NCBI RefSeq assembly: GCF_018350175.1 | Contig: NC_058373.1 | Coordinates: 110,052,001-110,116,000, forward strand | From: Felis catus | Taxonomy: Eukaryota | Direction: 5' to 3' | DNA: 64,000 bases | Part shown: piece by piece, positions 12,447 through 25,584 of the stretch | Layout: each line of letters starts with the position of its first letter | How positions within the stretch are numbered: the first letter of the stretch is position 1 | Notes under the pieces: model-generated | What the model was told of the DNA's origin: nothing | Seen by the model: only the letters and a program-made list of their open reading frames with translations | Databases searched by the model: none | Position numbers and translations under genes: made by a program

Positions 12447-15400
12447 TAAATCTCTGCTTTTTTCATTGCCAACTTAAAACATGAAGTTGTGTCATGTTCA
12501 TTCCTTTAATTTACATATGCATACGTTCATTCAGCAAATATTGACTGAGTGCCTTCTACTTGCGAGGTATTATTCTACAAGCTAGCGGCCCAGTGACCAA
12601 CCAAACAAATCCTTGCCCTTTTAGAATTTATGTTTTTTTTTTTTAATATTTAATCTATCTAGAAGGATGCACAGGGAACGGTTAATTAATGTTGTCTCTG
12701 GGAAAGGAAAATGGGAGGTTTGAGTGAAGTTAAGATAAACTTTTGAGTCCCGCTTGAAAAATGTTTTATGAGTATTATATAGTACTTTCTAATCACAATA
12801 AGAAAAAAAAAACAGTGAAGTATTGTGGAAGACTAGACCCAGAAGAGATTATATCAATTTCTCTCTAGCCAAGGGGGCATTTGAACAGAGTATGTCTTCT
12901 TTTAGCAGATGTGGCTTGAAGAATGCCCAGCACGTCTACTGTGCTGAGTGCTGGGGTTGTTATGAATGCGGAGGGACATGGGAGGATTGGCCATTCCAGA
13001 GGGTACACAGCATGGGAATGCAGAAAAGAGTGAGACTTTTTTTTGAATGAAACTTACCTGGGGAATTGTAGATATTCTAGTTTGCTGGGAAAGCAGGGTA
13101 CGAGCAGAGAAGTCATGGGAGACGAGTCAGGAAAAAAGCAGATTGGAGCCAAACTGTGAATGACCTAGAGTGTTAGGCTAAGAATTTAGAGTTTATTCTC
13201 TAAGGAATTGAGGAAGGATCAAGAGATTTTAATGGGGAGAGTGACAGATCAAAGGAGGGAATCCGGAGCCAAGTGCCATAAACCTGGTAGCAGCAAGCCA
13301 ATAATAGACGGGGAAGAAGTTCCTGGATAGGAGATTGCAGAGCTTCCTCAGTGAACTCCTGCAGTAGAGAGGACATTCTTGGATGAGCCACACTGTGATA
13401 ACGCGTGGCTCTGTGTTTAAGTGAAAATGTCCATCAGTGATTCTCATATCTGAGAATTCTCATATTTGAACTCTTACCGCAGGGCAGAGCTGCTGGAGTC
13501 AACATTTTAATTAATTAATCAATTAATCAATTTGGAGTCAACATTTTGGATGAATTCGGGTGCAGCTGGTCTAGTAGCTGTGGTAGTTTTACAAGGAGCT
13601 TTATAATGAACTTAAAATCCATACTCTTTCATTATGCTCAACTCCATTTGTTTTCATGTAAATTCCCTTCCAGCTAAGGATATGTGCTGCCAGCTCACAA
13701 AGGGCAGATTGAATAAGAACAAACTCAGGGATTAAATGTATTTTTATGGTAATGACCATCTAGAGGAAACCTTTGCCTCCTAGGTCTTGCTTCTCAAATT
13801 CGGTCAGATATTTTCCAAGAATGATAAGGATATCTGTATGGGCCTGAGTAAAATTCACTGACTGCGTTTTCCTACGTTATACATGTTTCTTCTTTGCCTT
13901 AAAAATCAGGATGGAGAACTTCTCATTCTCCATTCTCTCTTGGCATTTTACAGAGAAATCCATCATTACAATAGATTTTCTTATTCTCTTTAATTCTTTC
14001 CCTTTTTTATCCCTAACATTGGCTGATTCTATTCTTCTACATGCCGTTTTGAGAAGAGTCTTACTGTTTTATTAGAAAGTTCTCCCCAGAAATTACAAAA
14101 TAAAATCCAGCAGCTAAAAAAAAAAAAAAAAAAAAAACTCACTCAAATTAAGTTGCTTTAAAGCAGTTGGTTCTCAATTATTTTTTTCCCAATGGGTCAG
14201 CCTTTGAAAGGAACAAATGACTAGTTATCCTGCCATAGGGTGAGTTATTTGGCTCTGGTTCCTGCTGAATTAATACCGCTTTTCAGGGATAAGGCAGTAA
14301 GAAAATGTGAGAAAAGTGTGTCAAGGGATAAATAAAATGGCACGTACTAAACCATTTAATTCAGCCATTACAAAGGTGTTTAATTGTCCTCGGGACATCT
14401 TTGTTTGCTGTTAAGCAAAGGGTCCTTGTTGCATTTGAAGGGTTCTGATTTCTAGGATGATGAGGTGTTCTGTAAATTTGGACAATGAGTTAGTTAAAAG
14501 CCATGAAGTTTCTTTTCTAAATCCTTTTCTGAAGATCTCATTTGTGCTCCGTTTCCTTTGCTAACTGGAGAGGACCGGTGGGGATTTGCTCTGACTGCTT
14601 CTCTTATTGTTTCCCCCAGGTTTCTATTAGATTTTATCAAATTAGGACAGGAATAACTTAGGGTTTTCATTGGAAACATTTTGATGATTTTCAGTTTATG
14701 TCCCTTTCGGGATATATGTCAGTCCAACCTCGGATTAGATGAAGTGCTCCCAATTTGAATGATACAGTTAGAGCCGTGGTTTCACCGCCTCTTTTCTCAG
14801 CCTAGGAAAATTCATTCCTCAGTTCGCTTCGTACCAAGACCCTTTTTGTCCAATATCACACGCAAATGAAATGACCCTCTTCTATTACCTGGACGGAGTT
14901 GGGAATGACTGAGGTTTCCAGGTGGATGTGGAATACTAAAACTCTTCGGGAATATCAAGTTCTTTCTGCACTCAGTTTTGTGCCAGAGGTTTACCCCTTC
15001 CAAGATGGGTTTATCTGCCTTCCAGAAATGTCCTCGTCCTTTTCCGCCACATAACTCTCCTGAAGGAAGTGCGGACTCTTATCTCCTGCACCTACCAGTG
15101 TGCCTGATTAGTTTCTTTTTCACACTTTTATCACCTAGAAAGAAAGATCTCTCTTGGTCCCTTAAGGATAGGAAGAGAGTCATCTTTGGTTTTTTTGTTT
15201 GTTTTGGTTTTGAATTGGATTTCTGCTTTATTGTTATAATAATGGATAGGTCCCTCCTCGCTTTTATCTGTGACCTTGATTAATGTACATTGTGTGCAGG
15301 TAACTTGATCCTGGAATCATAAAAAGCTGTTCTCTAGTTTTTTTCTGTTGAGCAAAATTAGCCTCCAATACAATTTTTGTTTGAATGTTTAATGTTCAAA

Positions 15401-15944
15401 CATATGTTTAGAAATTTTTTATATGTTTAAAAATATAGTCCTAGCATCTACCGATACTCTTTAATATATGTTTAAGTGTTTAATATCTATGTTTAAAAAT
15501 ATTGTTGTATCATCTACTTATACTAGGAGAAAAAGCAATGAAAACGTATCAAAGACTCTAGAAGATTGCATAACATTTTGAATTATAGGACAAAATTGTG
15601 GTTCTTTGTAATTCTTTCGCTAAGTGAAATTTATATGAAACAAATAACTCTCAAAAGCCTAAACTATCCACTTGGCTTGCCAGGACTCAGTTCACTTCAG
15701 CTAACAATTACTAAGCACCCTGTACTTTGTAAATCACTGGGCTATACCTAATTTAAGTTGGTAATACAGAAAAATGAAATGGATTAAAAAAGATAAGAAA
15801 AAAATCCAGCGAGGCTAAGTGCATCTTTAATCTCTAATCAGCCGTGCTTATAAATGCCTGAAGATACATTGACTCAGATTCTCTTCAGTTCCTCAACCTG
15901 AACTCTCATCAGATTAAAAATTTTTCTTAATTGTTTTATTAAAA

Positions 15945-16161
15945 AATTTTTTTATGTTTATTTATTTTTGAGAGAGAGAGAGAGTGTGTGTGTGAGCCAG
16001 GAGGGACAGAGAGAGAGGGAGACACAGAATCTGAAGCAGGCTCCAGGCTCTGAGCTGCAAGAGGGGCACAGCGCCCGTCATGTAGCTTGAACTTACGAGC
16101 CAAGAGATCATGACCTAAGCCAAAGTCAGATGCTTAACCGACTGAGCCACCCAGGGGCCCC
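15945..16161 (-). mobile_element. SINEC
   Basis: SINEC body; flanking agattaaaa repeat. Confidence 0.9.
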
Positions 16162-16878
16162 TAGATTAAAATTTTTTAGGAATTCTAATTAGATGTCATG
16201 TCATCAGTTTCAGTCTGATATAACTGTGGTGGCTAGAGATTAATTAAGCAGAGTGGAAGGAGTCAAAGAAAAACAGTGTATTAGAAGATAGATCAGGTAA
16301 TTTTTTAGAAAAGGAATATAAACGCATAATGGTACATTTGACTTTGTCAATATAGTAAATCAAATATAACAGTAAAATGATTAGAAAACTTATTTTTTAT
16401 TCATTTAAATTTAATTATGATTTAGTTTTATTATTAATTTTAATCAGTTTAATATCACTAATTAAGTTTTTGTTATTGTTATATTATTATTCTTTTAGCA
16501 AATGTTTTCTTTAGAGTCCTTCTGGGCCAGGTTCCTCTAGGCACGTGGAATAGGTCACAGACAAAACATCTTTGTCTATGTGGTGCTTTGCTTCTGGTGG
16601 GAGAAGAGCAAGACGTTAAACAATAAACACACTACATATGTAACTTAGGTAGGATGTTTAAAGGTGGTAAGTGCTAGAAAAAACAGAGCAAACAAAGGGC
16701 AGCAGGACTGGAGGTGTTACAGCCTCAAATAGGATGGGAAGTAGGCTTGCGGGGATATGTGTAGTAAGAGCACTCCTGGAAGAAAGGACGGTTAGGGTGA
16801 AGCCCTAATGTAGGATCGTTTCTAGGGAGTTCGAGAAAAACGGGGGGGTCGAGAGAGTCTGGAGTGGAATGAGCAAGA

Positions 16879-17378
16879 GGGGCGGCCTGGGTGGCTCAGT
16901 CGGTTAAGCATCCGACTTCGACCCAGGTCATGATCTCACAGTTTGTGAGTTCAAGCCACGCATCGGGCTCTATGCTGACAGCTTGGAGCCTGAAGCCCGC
17001 TTCGGATTCTGTGTCTCAGGCTCACACTCTGTCTCTGTCAAAAAGAAATAAACTTAAAAAAAAATTTTTTTTTTTTTTTTAAAAAGGGATGAGCAGAGGG
17101 GGTGGGGGTCAGCCTTGCGGCCATCTTCAAAAAAAAATTGTTTTTTAATGTTTATTTATTTTTGAGAGTAAGAGAGACAGAGCGTGAGTAAAGGAGGGGC
17201 AGAGAGAGAGGGAGATATAGAATCTGAAGTAGGATCCAGGCTCTGAGCTGTCAGCACACAGCCCGATGCAGGGCTGGAACTCACAGAGTATGAGATCATG
17301 ACCTGAGCCGAAGTCAGATGTTTTACCGACTGAGCTGCCCAGGCACCCCATCTTTTTTTTTTAAGTTTATTTATTTAT

Positions 17379-17421
<43 letters not shown>

Positions 17422-17571
17422 GCAGGGGAGGGTCAGAGAGAGAGGGAGAGGGAGAGAATCCCAAAGAGGCTCCATGCTGCCAGTGGGGCTTGAACTCATG
17501 AACTGTGAGACCATGACCTGAGCCTAAATCAAGAGTTGGATGCTGGACTGACTGAGCCACCCAGGTGCCCC
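16879..17571. mobile_element. Cluster of three SINECs (+ ~16879-17083; - ~17140-17349; - ~17352-17571)
   Basis: Three heads and tails visible; agccttgc..ccatcttca flanks the two minus copies. Confidence 0.88.
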
Positions 17572-17584
17572 AAGCCTTGCATCC

Positions 17585-19260
17585 ATCTTCAGGAGTGAAG
17601 TGAGAAACCCTTAAGGGTTGTGAGCAAAGGAGTGTGAGTTAACATTTTAGTAGCACCACTCTGGCTGCTGCATTGAGAATGGTACTTAGAGGGCAAGGCT
17701 GGAAGGAGGGAGACCTGCTAGGGATTTAGTGCAGGCTTCCAGGTAGAGGTGGTGAGAATGGTAATATCCTGAATACATTCTGAAGGGAGACCAAAGAGGA
17801 TTCTCCGAGGCATTGGATATGAAGTGTGAGAGAAAGAGAGAAGCCGACTTGTGATGGAGGAGGAAAACCAAGAGTGTAGGGTCCAGAAAGGTGAAGGCTG
17901 AGAATCGACCTCAGGTTCTACTGGAAGGTGGTTATTGATGACCTGAATTCATGGTGCCCTTGATGAGGGAGCAGTTTTGGAGGAATGGCCGTGGTCTGAT
18001 TGGTGTGGGTTCGGTTAAGAGAGAATGAGGAGGAGGGGACCTGGAGAACACAGGCGACTCTGTCTGAGGAGTTTTGTCATAAAGGGCGGCAGATAAGTAA
18101 AGCAGTAGTTTGTGGGAACTGGGGTCAGAGAGGTTTGGTTTTGTTTTTGTGGTGAATTAACAGCCTGGATCTACACTGATGGGAATGGTCTAAGGGAGAG
18201 GGGGAGAAGGGGATGATACAGGAGAGAAAGGAGGCAATGTCCTCGAGCAGGCATAAAGGGATGGGATCTGGGGAACGAGTGAAGGGATCAGCTTTAGGTC
18301 TGAAAAGGCCAGGTCATGGCGTGCTAACAGGCTGGAGGCAGGGACATTTTGATAGGTGGATTGGACAGGGAATGGATGTGCTCTGGGAGCAGGGTCTCAG
18401 CTGAAGAGTGAGGATGGGAGAGGAGGTGTTGGAAGTTCGAGGAAGAGACGCCCTACTTGGGCGTCACGGTGAGACCAGTCAGCACAGGGACAGATCTTCT
18501 TCCAGCCACATTCAGTAGGATGAGTGTTGGTACGAGCGAGCGGAGTGTAGTGATAAAGAGCCAGGAACACACAAGAAGGCACAAGGAGGTGTTTGTAAGA
18601 AGCGATCATGGAATTGAAAATGGAAAAGGATGAAAGGTAGGACATCAGTGGGAGCGAGGGACAGTGAAAAGCTGGCAGAATCAATGGCGCTAGAATGAAC
18701 TGAAAAGATAAGGGCTGTTGTTCAGAAATGAGATGCCTGAAATTGAGACCTCCAGGAGTTGCAGTTATTAGTAATGATGAGGTCTGGGGTATGACCGTGA
18801 CAGCGAGTGGTTGAAGCAGAGCAGAAGACAAGTTTGTTGCAGAAGAAGAACGGAAGAAATGGAGAGGCCAGGAGCTTCCTCAGTTGTATGCTGAAATTGC
18901 CAAGAAAGAGAAATTGTGTTGGAGAGAGGGCAGCGGGGAAGGAATTAAACGAGGAATGGTGAGAAATGACAGAGGTCAGTAGATGACTGTGACCGTGGAG
19001 ATGGTCTGATGACATGAGAGTCAAGACTGGAGCACTTTGGGGACAGAGAGAGTGGAGAATGATCTGGAAGTGAGGAGCAAGGACCCCGTGGTGCAAGGGG
19101 TATAAGAGAGAGCAGAGCCAGCACTTGAGGGGGTCAGATTTCAGCAAGAGCAGAGAGAAGACACCTGTCAGAGAGGGTTTGGACACTGGCGACTTTGCTG
19201 ACGGTGTTCTACAGGTTCATCACCAGTGGAAGGGCCTCCCGCGTTAAGAAGAGATGGGTG
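17585..19260 (-). mobile_element. Long L2 LINE fragment including an ORF2 endonuclease remnant
   Basis: Minus-strand translation has LGNFS (LGDFN-like) and T..GHTPDLIITNN (APE-like motif of L2/CR1 ORF2). Confidence 0.7.
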
Positions 19261-19366
19261 ATGAGAAAAACTGGGGCGTGTGCAGAGTCATAAGGACATC
19301 AGAGTGAGAGAACAGAAGGGAACCTGACAGCCTGGAGAGTGTGTGCAGTATGTATGTGTGCAAGCG

Positions 19367-19404
<38 letters not shown>

Positions 19405-19989
19405 CGTGCGCTGATGGACATAGCAGGGAAAGAGGCATCCTGGGATGAGAGCTGGTGACCTCGAGGTAGATGGTGGTGTCAGGGCTGTGAACATCGGGCC
19501 CAGGGAGGAGTGAGTGCCTGGGCTGACACTTGTCCCTGTCCAGCCGGGCGAGGACATCTGGGGAAATGGAAACTCAGTCCTGGTGTGCAGGGCTAACCCT
19601 TGAGTGCGGAGTTGACATGTCCGCAGGAGCTGAGGGGGTAGAAGGCTAGTGGGGAGCTTGGAGTTGGTGTAGGGCCCGCCCCTGCCCCTGTGAGGAGAGG
19701 AAGACGTACCCTGAGTGTTTCAGATCTTGCCCTTGACTCCTGTCCTGCTAATAAAAGTGGGCACTTCTCAAGTGAATCCTTAACAGTCTCTGGAGGTGAG
19801 TGCTTATTACCTTATTCCCAAAGGAAATTACTGATGTCACACAGCCGCTTAGTAACAGAGGCAGGACTTGAGCCCAGGTGTCTCTGACTCTAACTGCAGC
19901 TCATTTACAGTTAATTCAGTGGCTATATATCCTCCATGATAAATACTCTAAGTGTCGAGACTAAACTGCTCATGACTTTATGAACCTTT

Positions 19990-20520
19990 TATTTATTTGT
20001 TTGTTTGTTTGCTACATTTATTTATGTTTGGTTTAAGAGAGAGAAAGAGAGAGAGAGTCCCAAGCAGGCTTCACACTGTCAGTGTAGAGCCTGATGCAGG
20101 CTCGAACTCATGGACAGTGAGATCATGTCCTGAGCTGAAACCCAGAGTTAGATGCTTAACCAACTGAGGCACCCAGGCACCCTTATTTATGTATGTATGT
20201 ATGTATGTATGTATGTATGTATGTATGTATGTATGTATGTATGTATTTATTTATTTATAAAGGATTCTTTTTTTTTTTTTTTAATGTTTGTTTATTTTTG
20301 AGAGAGACAGAGACAGAATGTGAGTGGGTTAGGGGCAGAGAAAGAGGGAGACACAGAGTCCGAAGCAGGCTCCAGGCTCTGAGCTGTCAGCACAGAGCCT
20401 GGTGTGGGGCTCGAACCCACGAGCTGTGAGATCATGGCCTGAGTCGAAGTCGGACACTCAACTGACTGAGCCACCCAGGCGCCCCTGTTTATTTATTTAT
20501 TTAAAAAAATGTTTATTTAT

Positions 20521-20563
<43 letters not shown>

Positions 20564-20672
20564 ATCCTAAGCAGTCTCCACTGTCAGCACAGAGCCTGAC
20601 GCGGGGCTGGATCCCACAACCATGAGATCATGACCGGAGCCGAAATCAAGAGACTGGGCCACCCAGGCACCT
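19990..20672 (-). mobile_element. Three tandem minus-strand SINECs with a (TATG)n tract at ~20188-20245
   Basis: Three bodies ending in cacccaggc; microsatellite read directly. Confidence 0.88.
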
Positions 20673-20883
20673 CCTTCTTTTTCTTTTTTCTTTTTTTCTT
20701 GAATGGGGTTTGTCTTTAAATACGTATGGCTTTAGCTTAGACTGAGAGTGCCTTTGGGTTGGGAAGTCTCTCTCCTCACAGTTCCTTGTACAAGACCGTC
20801 AAGGCCATGTGAGGACTTAATTCTTTTGTCAGTAAAAAGTATTAAAAATCATTGTCTCTTGTTAGCTAACCTGCGGTGATAAA

Positions 20884-20898
20884 ATATATATATATATA

Positions 20899-20948
<50 letters not shown>
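20884..20948. repeat. (TA)n(TG)n(TA)n microsatellite
   Basis: Direct reading. Confidence 0.95.
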
Positions 20949-20950
<2 letters not shown>

Positions 20951-21093
20951 CAACATGCTATTTCCAAACCACTTCTTGAGCAAACATCCGAAAGCTAGAC
21001 CAAGTCCTAAAAAGCTGGTAAAACTGTGGAATACACACACATCCCCAGAGGGATAGACCTTTGAGGTTTTGATAAGTTTAAAAGGGTTTCTGA

Positions 21094-21339
21094 GGGGTGC
21101 CTGGGTGGCGCAGTCGGTTAAGCGTCCGACTTCAGCCAGGTCACTATCTCACGGTCTGTGAGTTCTCGTGGTCTGTGAGTTCGAGCCCCGCGTCAGGCTC
21201 TGGGCTGATGGCTCAGAGCCTGGAACCCGTTTCCGATTCTGTGTCTCCCTCTCTCTCTGCCCCTCCCCCATTCATGCTCTGTCTCTCTCTGTCCCAAAAA
21301 TAAATAAACGTTGAAAAAAAATTTAATAAAAAAAAAAAA
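21094..21339 (+). mobile_element. Young felid SINEC with a 17-bp internal duplication
   Basis: TSD aaaagggtttctgagg at 21080-21095 and 21336-21351. Confidence 0.93.
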
Positions 21340-21389
21340 GGGTTTCTGAGGCTTCTCATTTTATAACTGCTGTTGTCTCTTTTCAATAG

Positions 21390-21451
21390 CTGAGCAGGAA
21401 GACACTCAGAAGAAAACCTTCACCTGCTGGATAAACTCACAGTTGGCAAAG
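21390..21451 (+). CDS. SYNE2: SYNE2 exon ~3 (62 nt), start of CH1: (A)EQEDTQKKTFTCWINSQLAK
   Basis: tttcaatag|CT...AAG|gtgagg; contains the KTFTxWIN actin-binding motif of the spectrin/dystrophin family. Confidence 0.96.
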
Positions 21452-21954
21452 GTGAGGATAAAAAGAACAAATAAAGCTATAAATATATTTAAATTACTTC
21501 TCCTACTCCCTCCCTTTGGGTCCCCCAAATGGTACTGGGGAGGTGTCAAAAAGGTTGAAAGAATGTGCTGAAGTCACCGTTATCTTGTTTAGATGTATTT
21601 GTCATTCTTTCCCAACACAAAAAGGAGACACTTTTGCTAAGGATATGGGAGATCAGAGAAAGCAGCAACGTCTCTTTTATCAAATGTAATAATAATAGTA
21701 ATAATGATTCGTACCTATGTATGGAGGGTTATGTGTTAAACAGTGTCCTAAGCTCGGTAAATATAATGAATTTGCATCACATTTACATGACTTTACAACA
21801 TCCTCATGAGACTATTATTCCTGTTTAAAGAACAAGGAAACTAAGGAAAAAGAAGTTCTGTGACTTGCCTAATGTTGCACTGTCACACCGCTTATAAGTG
21901 ATAGTGCTGGGATACAAACCCAGCAGTGTGGACCCAGAGGCCTTTTTTCCTTAT

Positions 21955-22143
21955 TTTTAAAAAAAGATTATTTATTTATTTTGAGGGGGGAGGGGCAGAG
22001 AGAGAGGGAGACAGAAGCCCAAGCAGGCTGTGTGCTGTTAGCGCAGAGCCCAGTGAGGGGCTCGAACTCATGAACTGTGAGATCATGACGTGAGCTGAGA
22101 TCAAGAGTCGGATGCTTAACTGACTGAGCCACCTAGGCGCCCC
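21955..22143 (-). mobile_element. SINEC inserted in a MIR fragment
   Basis: SINEC body; MIR-like core (aaggaaactaagg...tgacttgcc) upstream. Confidence 0.85.
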
Positions 22144-22622
22144 AAGGCCTTGTTAATCACTGTGCCATCCTGCCTCTCGGTGATGCCAAGTGCCCGGATA
22201 ACCTAGATATAAAATGAATAAGCCTCTTCTCACAGGCTCCCCATCCCTGCACAATGCAGTTCTGAAAAGGGTAAGTTCATAAACAGATTACTCCATAAAT
22301 GTAATCTACTCCCCAAATGGGTCACTGTTGGCGTTTTTGAATGTCTTTAATGCCGCCTCTATGCACAGGTTTTCAGCTCTCAGCGAAGGTACCAGAGTGT
22401 GGTGCTACTGGAAATTTGCCATGAGATAAATTAAATTCACTACTTTTCTTACCGTGCTTTGACATAGAACTTTGTGTGTTCTCTCTCATTCTGTTACTTA
22501 AAAATCACTACCGAATTTGAGCTTTTGTGAAAACACAAAGCGCATTTATTGATGAGAATCCTAAAGGTATTATGTTTTTGGACCAAAGTTTGAATGAATG
22601 TTTTTCTTGTGACCTTTTGTAG

Positions 22623-22718
22623 CACACTCCTCCCTCGGTTGTGTCAGACCTATTTGCGGACATTAAAAAGGGGCATGTCCTCCTGGACCTGCTAGAAGTA
22701 CTCTCAGGACAACAGTTG
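22623..22718 (+). CDS. SYNE2: SYNE2 exon ~4 (96 nt): HTPPSVVSDLFADIKKGHVLLDLLEVLSGQQL
   Basis: ttttgtag|CAC...TTG|gtgagc; CH1 DL..D..G..LLDLLEVLSG motif. Confidence 0.97.
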
Positions 22719-22809
22719 GTGAGCTTTTTAAGTGACATTAAAAGCCTTTTATTGATTAAAATTTTTTTTTTCATCTTTCTAAGTGATATATTTTGCTTGA
22801 ATTTCATAG

Positions 22810-22887
22810 CCTCGAGACAAAGGATCTAATACCTTTCAGTGTAGAATCAACATAGAACATGCCCTGACATTCCTAAAAAACCGATCA
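22810..22887 (+). CDS. SYNE2: SYNE2 exon ~5 (78 nt): PRDKGSNTFQCRINIEHALTFLKNRS
   Basis: tttcatag|CCT...TCA|gtgagt; preceded by a 91-nt intron. Confidence 0.96.
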
Positions 22888-22975
22888 GTGAGTATGAATT
22901 TCATCGGAAGATTCACAGGAGAAATTAATGCAATGAAATATTTTCTCCTTTGAACCCGTGTTTCTTCTTTTCCAG

Positions 22976-23068
22976 ATCAAGCTAATAAATATTCATGTCA
23001 CTGATATTATAGACGGAAACCCGTCCATCATTCTTGGCCTAATTTGGACAATTATACTGCACTTTCAT
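22976..23068 (+). CDS. SYNE2: SYNE2 exon ~6 (93 nt): [31 protein letters not shown]
   Basis: ttttccag|ATC...CAT|gtaagt; DIx[12 protein letters not shown] motif; preceded by an 88-nt intron. Confidence 0.97.
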
Positions 23069-23699
23069 GTAAGTAGTGTGGTGGTGTGGAAGTTATTTCT
23101 GTTTTGATTACTGCAGAATGAAATAAGTGTTAGGCAAGAAGATTCAGTCCTGAGTTTCTTCCAGAAAAAGGACACTCTAACCCTTGACGGGTGGACCTTT
23201 GCCACTGATGTTATTTTGCAGTTGCAAATTGAATGCGGAATTATGGTATCTTGAATGATCTGCAGTGTCAGCACCACTGTCACTAGAACCTGCCGTGATC
23301 AAATTTTGTGTATTATTGCTTACTTACTTTGGCAGAAGAGAGGAAGCTTCCGGAGTCAATTTGTGAGAACCAACCCACTAAACTTTGTAGAATCTCCTAG
23401 TTTCGAGGACCCTTGTCCATCCAATCTAGTAATCCCACAGCATTTCGTCCTGTCCCCAGACTGACTCCTTGATGAATTTCACTCCACAAATAATGTAAAC
23501 ACCTATTACGTTCTAGCTCTTGTGCCAGGACACCAAGAAACCAACAACAAAGACACTGTTGGTCCTGACCTTCTGATACTTACGATTGATAAATATGTTC
23601 TTCCAGACCCGGGATTCCGAATTCGTGCAGGTTTTCTGCAGTTACCTAAAAAGTTGCATGTTGTATCTCTCCATAATTACTTTGAAAATAATTTAAATA

Positions 23700-25538
23700 A
23701 TGTGGGAAACAAATGTTATTTTATGAAAACCAGAAAATAACATAAGTACTTTGTATAAGATTTAAGCCATGTAAGATAAGAACTGTGTATGATTTCTGGA
23801 TACCTACGTTTGAAGTTCTAGTAAAATAAAATGCGTGAGGATGATGAAAACCAAGTTTAGAATTGTGTTTTTTGCCTCTGGGAGAGGAAGGAAATGGAAT
23901 CACAGAGGGAAAGACAGAAGGCTTAAACTGTATCAGTGTTTTATTTTTTTAAAAAAAACATGAACCAAATGTGGTAAAATGTTAAAATTTGACAATTCGT
24001 AGGTATTTGTGATATTTTTTTTCCTCCATACTTTCCAGGATATTTGAAGTATAATTAAAACTTTTAATACAGGTAATAAAAGGCAAATAGAATCGCCTAT
24101 AATTCTACCACTCTGTGATAACCACTAAATAATTTGCTGTGCAGTCTCCATGATACATGCAGTAGGAATGAACATATATATTTGTTTATGTTTGTATGTC
24201 CTAAACAGAATGGTCCTCCTATCCAAACTTTTCAACCTGTTCTAATGAACATCTTTCTGAATTTATATGTGTGTTTTAATGGAGGCATGGTGTTCTCTTG
24301 TAAAGTGCTATATCTTATTAATGGACAGGCAGAATGCTCATAGTTTTATGATTATAAGCAATTCCAAAAAGACTACGCTCAGGGTAAAACTTTTGCGTAC
24401 AATCTTCAATAGTTCCATGGGCCAAATTCTTAGAAGTAAAATTGTTGGGCGTTAAGTTTTGCTTTTTTTGGCTTCGCTTTACCGATGTAAACAAACTTTT
24501 GTTGAAGTATAACATACGTAGAGAGAAAGGTAGAGATCTTACGTGTAGAGCTGGATGTATTCTTGTCAATTAAATACATCCACGTAACCATCCCCCAAGA
24601 TATAAATAGAAAACATTGCCTGAATCCCAGAGTTCCCATGTATTTCTCCCAGTCCTTACCCCCCTTCCCTGAAGAAACCACCACTTCGATCTCTATCGCT
24701 GTTTAGCTTAGCATCTTTACCTCCATGTGAAGAGATTATAACTGAAGTGACTTACATATGCTGTATACTCTTTTGTGTTAGATTTCTTTCACTTAACATC
24801 ATCTATGAGTTTCAACTTGTTGAAGCGTGCATTGCATCGGTAGGTCTTTCGTTGTTGTTGTTGTTGAGTATAGTTGACGCACAATTAGTTATTTTAGTTT
24901 CAGGTGTAGAACTTTGTGGTTTGACAAGTTTATGCATTTTGCTGTGTTCACCACAAGTGTAACTACCGTCCATCTGTCCTGTTACGTCACGGTTATAATA
25001 TCATTGACTGGATTTCTTTCTTTTTCCTTGTCGTGTGTGACTGTATCACTGCGTGAATACGCCAGAGCTTACTTACTCTTCTACTGTTGATGGGCATTTC
25101 TTTTGTTGCCAGTTTTCAGCTGTTACGAATAAAGCCGCTAGCCCCATTCTTGTATATTTGCCTTTGGTGGTACAAGCCCTCATTTCTTTCGTATATATAT
25201 CTAGGAGTGGATTTGCTCGGTCATAAGGCGTGTGATCTTCAGCTTTGGTAGGTAGTGCCAGTGAGTTTTTCAAAATGGTTGCCCTGATTTACCCTGTTAC
25301 AGAGTTTTGGAGATCCCTTCTCCAATCCCTACAAATACTTGACGTTAAAATTTTTTTATTTTAGCTGTGCTATCGCGTGTAATGATTTATAGAAATTTTA
25401 CAATATATTCTGGGGGCGCCTGGGTGGCTCGGTCGGTTGTGTCTGACTTTGTCCTGGGTCACGATCTCGTAATTCGTGGGTTTGAACCCTGCATCTGGCT
25501 CTGTCCTGACAGCTCAGAGCTTGGAGCCTGCTTCAGAT

Positions 25539-25584
<46 letters not shown>

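Noticed and set aside
1..21389. Searched for the SYNE2 start-codon exon (MASSP-like)
   Set aside because: Not found by eye; it is probably upstream. A spliced alignment would confirm.
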